Shown here: in pieces, positions 55,089 to 59,650 of the stretch
Numbering within the stretch: the stretch's first letter is position 1
Layout of the letters: each line of letters begins with the position of its first letter
Assembly: GCA_036508075.1 (NCBI GenBank)
Contig: DATCIA010000098.1
Span: 1 to 59,650, forward strand
DNA: 59,650 nt
Direction: 5' to 3'
DNA from: Coriobacteriia bacterium
GTDB lineage: Bacteria; Actinomycetota; Coriobacteriia; Anaerosomatales; PALSA-660
Translations under genes and position numbers: made by a program
The notes under the pieces: model-generated
Told to the model about the DNA's origin: nothing
Seen by the model: only the letters and a program-made list of their open reading frames with translations
Database searches by the model: none

Positions 55089-56321
55089 CTACCCGCCGAG
55101 TCCGAACTCATCGTGCAATGCGGAGATCGCCCGCCGCCCGGCGGTTGCCCGAAGCAGGACCGATATCGTGTAGTGCGAGTCCGCCACCTGGAGGATGTCG
55201 ATCCCGGCATCGGCCAGGCCCGCGGCGACACGCGCCATGACACCCGGGACCCCGTGCATCCCCGCTCCCACGACGGTGACCGTGGCGAGCCCGGTCTCGT
55301 AGGCCGCACGCATCCCAAGTGCCTCGAGCACCGTCCTGACGTCGGACAGGCGACCTTCGTCGAACGAGATCGCCAGTGCGTCGCCCAGGGGCGTGAACAT
55401 GTCGAGTGAGACGCCGGCCGCAGCCATCTCGCGGAAGACCGCCGTCAGTGCGCCCATCCGCCCCTCCCCGTCCGGCAGGGTGATGATGGCCCGGGCGACT
55501 CCGTCGGAGGTGCTGATGGCGGTGGCGACCCGCTGCGCGCGCTCCGCGGTGAGGCGCTCGGCCTCCGTGACGAGCGTTCCCTGCGCTCGCGTCGATGCGT
55601 TGCGCACCCATACGGGAACGCCTGCGGCCATCGCCGTCTCCGCTGCCGGAGCGTGCATGATCTTCGCTCCCGAGCGGGCCATCTGGAAGAGCTCCTCATA
55701 CTGCAACGTCTCGAGGACGCGCGCTCCGTCACAGGTGCGTGGGTCGGCGGTCATCACACCATCGACGTCGGTGTAGATCTCGACGGCGAGCGCTCCGAGC
55801 GCCGCTCCGATCGCGCAGGCGCTCGTGTCCGATCCTCCGCGGCCGAGCGTGGTGGTCTGCCCGGCGGCGGTGGCGCCCTGGAAGCCGGTGACCACGGGCA
55901 CCAGTCCCGCCTCGAGCGCGGCCTGCAGGGTCCGCGGATCGACGAGCAGCACCGACGCGTCACCGAAGCGGTCGTCGGTGAGGACGCCCGCCTCCGCGCC
56001 CGTCATCGCGGTGGCCGGGATGCGGTTCGCGCGCAGTTCGTGAGCGACGATGACCGCGGAGACGACCTCACCGCACGCGGCCAGCAGATCCGACTCCCTC
56101 GCGTCCGGCGTGTAGGCGTCGATGAGGCCCAGGAGCGTGTCGGTCGCATAGGGAGCGCCCGCCCTCCCCATGGCGGACACGACGACGACGGGCGCGCGAC
56201 CCGCATCCAGCGCGTCACGCACACGTGCGCGCAAAGCCTCCCGGCCCTCGGCCGTGGCGACGGAGGTGCCTCCGAACTTCTGGACGACGACGCGCCCGCT
56301 CGCGGGCGCCGCGTCGCTCAC
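55089..56321 (-). CDS. ask: aspartate kinase
   Basis: VVVQKFGGTSV, ..GRGGSDT.., C-terminal ACT pair. ATGA-type overlap with the dapB stop. Confidence 0.9.
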   Translation of the reverse strand: MSDAAPASGRVVVQKFGGTSVATAEGREALRARVRDALDAGRAPVVVVSAMGRAGAPYATDTLLGLIDAYTPDARESDLLAACGEVVSAVIVAHELRANRIPATAMTGAEAGVLTDDRFGDASVLLVDPRTLQAALEAGLVPVVTGFQGATAAGQTTTLGRGGSDTSACAIGAALGALAVEIYTDVDGVMTADPRTCDGARVLETLQYEELFQMARSGAKIMHAPAAETAMAAGVPVWVRNASTRAQGTLVTEAERLTAERAQRVATAISTSDGVARAIITLPDGEGRMGALTAVFREMAAAGVSLDMFTPLGDALAISFDEGRLSDVRTVLEALGMRAAYETGLATVTVVGAGMHGVPGVMARVAAGLADAGIDILQVADSHYTISVLLRATAGRRAISALHDEFGLGG

Positions 56322-57103
56322 AGGCCCATCAACTCCTCGAGCCCGATCACCAGACCGCTGCGCTTCGGGATCTCGCGGACCGCGAGGACGACGCCGGGCA
56401 TGAACGAGGTGCGGTCGATCGTGTCGTGGCGCAGGGTCAGCGTCTGACCGACGTCGCCGAACACGACCTCCTGGTTGGCCACCAGACCCGGGAGCCTGAT
56501 CGAGTGGACCGGCACGCCGTCGACCAGCGCGCCGCGCGCACCCTCGGCCACCTCGGTCTCACGGCCGGGCGCCGCGGGAGTGCCGGCGCGGGCCTCGGCG
56601 ATCAGGCGCGCCGTGCGCATGGCGGTGCCCGACGGTGCGTCGAGCTTGCGGTCGTGGTGCAGCTCGATGATCTCGGCGTGGGGCATGAAGCGCGCGGCTG
56701 TCTGCGCGAACCGCATCATCAATATGGCGCCCACGGCGAAGTTGGGGGCTACGAACAGGCAGACGCCCTCGGGAGCCGCCGCGGCCAGCGAGCGCCAGCG
56801 CTCCTCGGCCACCCCGGTGGTTCCGACGACGCAGTGCACGCCGGCGGCGAGAGCCCGCTCCACGTTGGTCTCCACAGCCGACGGGACGGTGAAGTCGACC
56901 ATGACGCGCTCCCCCGTGCCCGCGAGCGCGGCGTGAAGGTCGGCGGTGGCGGTGATGCTGCCTCCCGCGCCGTCGTCGAGCACGACTCCGGGTGAGGACG
57001 GGTCGACGGCCGCTGCGACGCGCATGCCCTCGGCGGCGGTGACGGCGCGGACGACCTCGCGGCCCATGCGGCCTGCGGCACCGGTGACGATGACGTCGAT
57101 CAT
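56318..57103 (-). CDS. dapB: 4-hydroxy-tetrahydrodipicolinate reductase
   Basis: VIVTGAAGRMGREV, ..EIIELHHDRKLDAPSGTA... Confidence 0.95.
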   Translation of the reverse strand: MIDVIVTGAAGRMGREVVRAVTAAEGMRVAAAVDPSSPGVVLDDGAGGSITATADLHAALAGTGERVMVDFTVPSAVETNVERALAAGVHCVVGTTGVAEERWRSLAAAAPEGVCLFVAPNFAVGAILMMRFAQTAARFMPHAEIIELHHDRKLDAPSGTAMRTARLIAEARAGTPAAPGRETEVAEGARGALVDGVPVHSIRLPGLVANQEVVFGDVGQTLTLRHDTIDRTSFMPGVVLAVREIPKRSGLVIGLEELMGL

Positions 57104-57137
57104 CGCGGGACTCCCCTTCTCTCAGATGAGCGCGGCC

Positions 57138-58391
57138 CTAGGCGAGAAGCGCTTCGATCTCCTCAACGGTGTGCGGCCCCACGACGGCCAGCGTGCGCGG
57201 CCCGCCGAGGGTGTCGATCGCGACGCGCTGGATGTCTGCCAGCGTCACGGCCGCGTAGCGCTCGAGCACCTCGTCGATGGAGAGCAGCTCGCGGCCGCCG
57301 ACCTCCGCGCCGCCGAGCCGCATCATGCGGCGGTTGGTGTTCTCCAGCCCGAGCACCATGTGGCCGTCGACCGACTCACGCGCACGGTCGAGCTCGGCGG
57401 CGGTGATGCCGGAATCGAGTACCTTGTCGACCTCCGCGGTGATCAGCTCGATGACCTGCTTCGTGTTCTCAGGACGCGTGCCGGCGTAGACCGCGAAGGC
57501 GCCGGTGTCGCCGAACATCTGGTTGAAGGAGTTGACAGCGTAGACCAGACCCCGCTTCTCGCGGATCTCCTGGAACAGCCGTGAGGCCATGCTGCCGCCG
57601 AGGACCGCGTTGAGCAGGCCCATGGCGAATCGGTCCGGGGAGTTCGCGTCCACGGAGAGCGAACCCCAGAAGATGTGCGCCTGTTCGGTCTCCTTGGTGG
57701 CGACGGCCACGTGGCGTCCGGGCTCGGCGGCGTGCCGCGGACGTTCGGCACGCGCCCCGGTCGGCAGCCCCGCGAGCGCGGAGGCCGCCATCGCCGTGAC
57801 CTCGTCATGTGCGAGGTTGCCCGCCGCGGCGACGACGACGTCACCGGTGCGGTAGTGCCGTCCCGTGTAGGACCTCAGCTGTGCGGGCAGGAAGGCGCCG
57901 ACGGTCTCGCGGCGCCCGAGCACGGGCCGCCCCACCGGGTGGTCGGGCCACATCGCCGCGGAGAACAGCACGTCGACCTTGTGGTCGGGCGTGTCCTCGG
58001 TCCGCGAGATCTCTTCGAGCACGACCTCGCGTTCCGATATGGCGTCCTCCTCCTCGAAGGCGGAGTCCGCGACCATGTCGGCGAGGACGGCGAAGGCCTC
58101 GGGGGCCTTCAGGTCGATCACGCGCGAGTAGTAGCAGGTCTCCTCCTCGCTGGTGAAGGCGTTGACCTCTGCGCCGAGGCGGTCGAACGTCTCGGAGATC
58201 TCCATCGCGCTGCGCTTCGACGTTCCTTTGAACATCATGTGCTCGAGGAAGTGCGAGATGCCGGCTTCCTCGGGGGTCTCATCGCGACTGCCGGCGGCCA
58301 CCCAGATCCCCAGGGCGACGGAGCGGACCGTCGGGATCGACTCCGAGATGACGGTGATGCCGTTGTCGAGCACGGTGCGGTCGTAGAACAC
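57138..58391 (-). CDS. M16-family zinc peptidase (pitrilysin-like)
   Basis: HFLEHMMF (HxxEH). Start set to GTG 58391 (GGGAG 5 nt upstream; gives MFYDRTVLDNGITVI). The ORF-track start 58505 would read through a 14-bp hairpin. Confidence 0.85.
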   Translation of the reverse strand: MFYDRTVLDNGITVISESIPTVRSVALGIWVAAGSRDETPEEAGISHFLEHMMFKGTSKRSAMEISETFDRLGAEVNAFTSEEETCYYSRVIDLKAPEAFAVLADMVADSAFEEEDAISEREVVLEEISRTEDTPDHKVDVLFSAAMWPDHPVGRPVLGRRETVGAFLPAQLRSYTGRHYRTGDVVVAAAGNLAHDEVTAMAASALAGLPTGARAERPRHAAEPGRHVAVATKETEQAHIFWGSLSVDANSPDRFAMGLLNAVLGGSMASRLFQEIREKRGLVYAVNSFNQMFGDTGAFAVYAGTRPENTKQVIELITAEVDKVLDSGITAAELDRARESVDGHMVLGLENTNRRMMRLGGAEVGGRELLSIDEVLERYAAVTLADIQRVAIDTLGGPRTLAVVGPHTVEEIEALLA

Positions 58392-58443
58392 GGGCACTCC
58401 CGTCGCTGTCGTTCGTATCTTCCTCCCGAACAGTCTAGAGCAA

Positions 58444-58495
58444 GGCCCGGCCCCGGCTTCCGCTCTCGTTCGCGGTTCGTTGCCGGGGCCGGGCC
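58444..58495 (-). terminator. 14-bp perfect inverted repeat downstream of pnp (terminator / processing hairpin)
   Basis: GGCCCGGCCCCGGC (58444-58457) and GCCGGGGCCGGGCC (58482-58495) with a 24-nt loop. 29 nt after the pnp stop. Confidence 0.55.
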
Positions 58496-58523
58496 GTCGT
58501 GACACTACGTGCGGGTGCGCAGC

Positions 58524-59650
<1,127 letters not shown>

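Noticed and set aside
58392-58505. ORF-track start (GTG 58505) for the M16 peptidase.
   Set aside because: It would translate through a perfect 14-bp inverted repeat (58444-58495) that looks like the pnp terminator. GTG 58391 has GGGAG 5 nt upstream and gives a family-typical N-terminus.

Overview
High-GC, very gene-dense chromosomal core segment with about 62 CDS. I found no rRNA, tRNA, CRISPR array, transposase or integrase. Gene content suggests a deep-branching, probably anaerobic member of the Actinomycetota. The Actinomycetota signal is a GarA/OdhI-type FHA protein plus an Rv1828/FtsR-type MerR next to the glycine-cleavage genes, and a lexA / LysM (ChiZ-like) / nrdR arrangement. The anaerobe and basal signal is RNase Y plus RNase J, SpoVS, LL-DAP aminotransferase, indolepyruvate:ferredoxin oxidoreductase and a class III RNR activase. 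This taxonomic call is inference only. Left half (+ strand, 216-22030): corA, a second CDP-alcohol phosphatidyltransferase, a VanW protein, paaK+ACT, a degenerate-GGDEF membrane protein (- strand), a DD-carboxypeptidase and gcvT-gcvH-gcvPA-gcvPB-lplA. These are followed by a compact five-gene signalling cassette (RsiG-like coiled coil, 86-aa protein, Zn-ribbon-FHA, MerR, PD-(D/E)XK-like protein), then hpt, apt, an NlpC/P60 hydrolase, iorAB+ACT, an SH3b protein and a small acidic protein. Middle (- strand, 22392-28006): two nucleobase permeases, NUDIX-dut-nrdG-nrdR and the LysM protein, divergent from lexA with four Cheo-type SOS boxes in the intergenic region. Right half (28943-59650): one unbroken minus-strand run, hflX, dapL, dapF, miaA, LigB-like/AMMECR1 fusion, miaB, PHP, spoVS, GHKL ATPase, GNAT, rny, recX, recA, thpR, cinA, pgsA, rimO, yajQ, rodZ, ftsK, uppP, rnj, dapA, PPDK_N-only protein, ask, dapB, M16 peptidase, pnp (partial). 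Its order is largely colinear with the Bacillus pnpA...spoVS region. Many neighbours are translationally coupled by ATGA/GTGA overlaps. No obvious defence island or biosynthetic cluster is present. The best candidates for something undescribed are: (i) the leaderless GNAT + MutL-type GHKL ATPase pair inserted between rny and spoVS; (ii) the gcv-linked signalling cassette with an RsiG-like c-di-GMP motif; (iii) the LigB-like/AMMECR1 fusion locked between miaB and miaA. All functions are inferred by eye from translated motifs. No database search was run, and start codons that differ from the ORF track are my own calls.
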